DNA of 64,000 bases from Candidatus Gastranaerophilales bacterium (lineage in GTDB: Bacteria; Cyanobacteriota; Vampirovibrionia; Gastranaerophilales; CAJFVJ01): NCBI GenBank assembly GCA_944323485.1, contig CALUSR010000002.1:68048-132047 (forward strand), read 5' to 3'. Of this stretch, positions 63,534-64,000 are shown in pieces. How positions within the stretch are numbered: the stretch's first letter is position 1; each line of letters begins with the position of its first letter. The translations under genes were made by a program, and so were the position numbers. The notes below the pieces were generated by a model, which saw only the letters and a program-made list of their open reading frames with translations, had not been told where the DNA came from and made no database searches.

Positions 63534-64000
63534 TTTGGCAAAATCCGAACAACGCAACTACATAACCGAAATTAAAATTCATCAAAAATCTCGAATCAAA
63601 TGCCTTGTCTTTGTTTCTGACAAGAGAATAAAAACAATACTCAAGAATATTCTTGAACAAAAAGACAACACGGAACAGAGAAAATCCAAATCTTCTCAAA
63701 AAAGAATGCACTCTTGTCCTGATTAAATAATCAGATACTCCATTGTAAAATGTCATAATAAAAAATGAGTCAATACTAAGCCTCTCAGGCTGAATGAGGT
63801 GTCTGACAAAAATATTCGGAAAGTATATTATCAATCTCTGTTTTTTCTCTGCCCAGAAATTAACAAGGGTTTCCTCTCCTGCCAGCATTTTTTTGCCAAT
63901 TCTCCCGAGCTTCGAATCAAACCCTCCTATTGATGCCAAAAATTCTTTCTCAACACAAAAGCAAGCGCCTATCGGATAACGTACAAGCTTTTTTCTGTAA
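63526..64000 (-). CDS. probable glycosyltransferase, C-terminal part (5' end beyond the window)
   Basis: The minus-strand frame is open up to nt 64000. The segment ...YPIGACFCVEKEFLASIGGFDSKLGRIGKKMLAGEETLVNFWAEKKQRLIIYFPNIFVRHL resembles the acceptor-side half of GT2 enzymes. It is followed by a hydrophobic tail. Confidence 0.4.
   Translation of the reverse strand, partial: YRKKLVRYPIGACFCVEKEFLASIGGFDSKLGRIGKKMLAGEETLVNFWAEKKQRLIIYFPNIFVRHLIQPERLSIDSFFIMTFYNGVSDYLIRTRVHSFLRRFGFSLFRVVFLFKNILEYCFYSLVRNKDKAFDSRFLMNFNFGYVVALFGFCQNG

Overview
This is an AT-rich, very gene-dense bacterial chromosomal segment. Intergenic gaps are short or overlapping, with many ATGA/TGATG couplings. I count about 52 protein genes and one tRNA. 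I saw no rRNA, CRISPR array, transposase or integrase. A GT9 heptosyltransferase plus Wzy/Wzz-type genes point to a diderm; the lineage cannot be fixed from the window alone. Layout: (i) 1-3.4 kb holds the 3' part of a UPF0210 gene, a TerC/DUF475-like membrane protein and two unknowns. (ii) 3.4-21.6 kb is a large surface-glycan (LPS/O-antigen-like) cluster. It contains a SAM methyltransferase, a GT9, tRNA-Arg(ACG) and three radical-SAM enzymes, one of them interrupted by an in-frame TAA. It also has two tandem CX5R phosphatase-like paralogues, a NodB-type deacetylase, two tandem GT61/DUF563 paralogues, five GT2 domains (two fused to a pyruvyltransferase or a GT4-like domain) and a GT4. (iii) 21.7-29.6 kb holds an orphan tail-fibre-like plus DUF4376-like pair, a SIMPL lipoprotein and a B12-type radical SAM enzyme with a CX4CX2C motif. 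It also holds two acidic single-EF-hand paralogues behind a duplicated ~85-nt upstream module, plus a 53-codon ORF missing from the track. (iv) 29.6-42.5 kb holds a thioredoxin and a five-gene alpha-glucan locus. There, two uncharacterised membrane proteins are translationally coupled to atypical GH13 enzymes that lack signal peptides; one is 1334 aa. (v) 43-56.6 kb is housekeeping: trmFO, HD-GYP, two Zn-ADHs, two more unknown membrane proteins, tlyA, nadK, recN, mnmG, miaA. (vi) 56.8-64 kb holds a secreted HExxH protein and a second glycan cluster (GT2s, acetyltransferase, Wzy-type protein, Wzz/BY-kinase-like protein with a degenerate Walker A). The best candidates for something undescribed are these: the membrane-protein/GH13 operon; a recurrent non-Sec N-terminal leader (MQ[VI]..[IV]N...[ST]F[GA]) shared by six unrelated products; a paralogous membrane-hairpin family; a ~23-residue FS.K..D..K....G[IL]K tag on nine glycan-cluster enzymes; and the EF-hand paralogue module.
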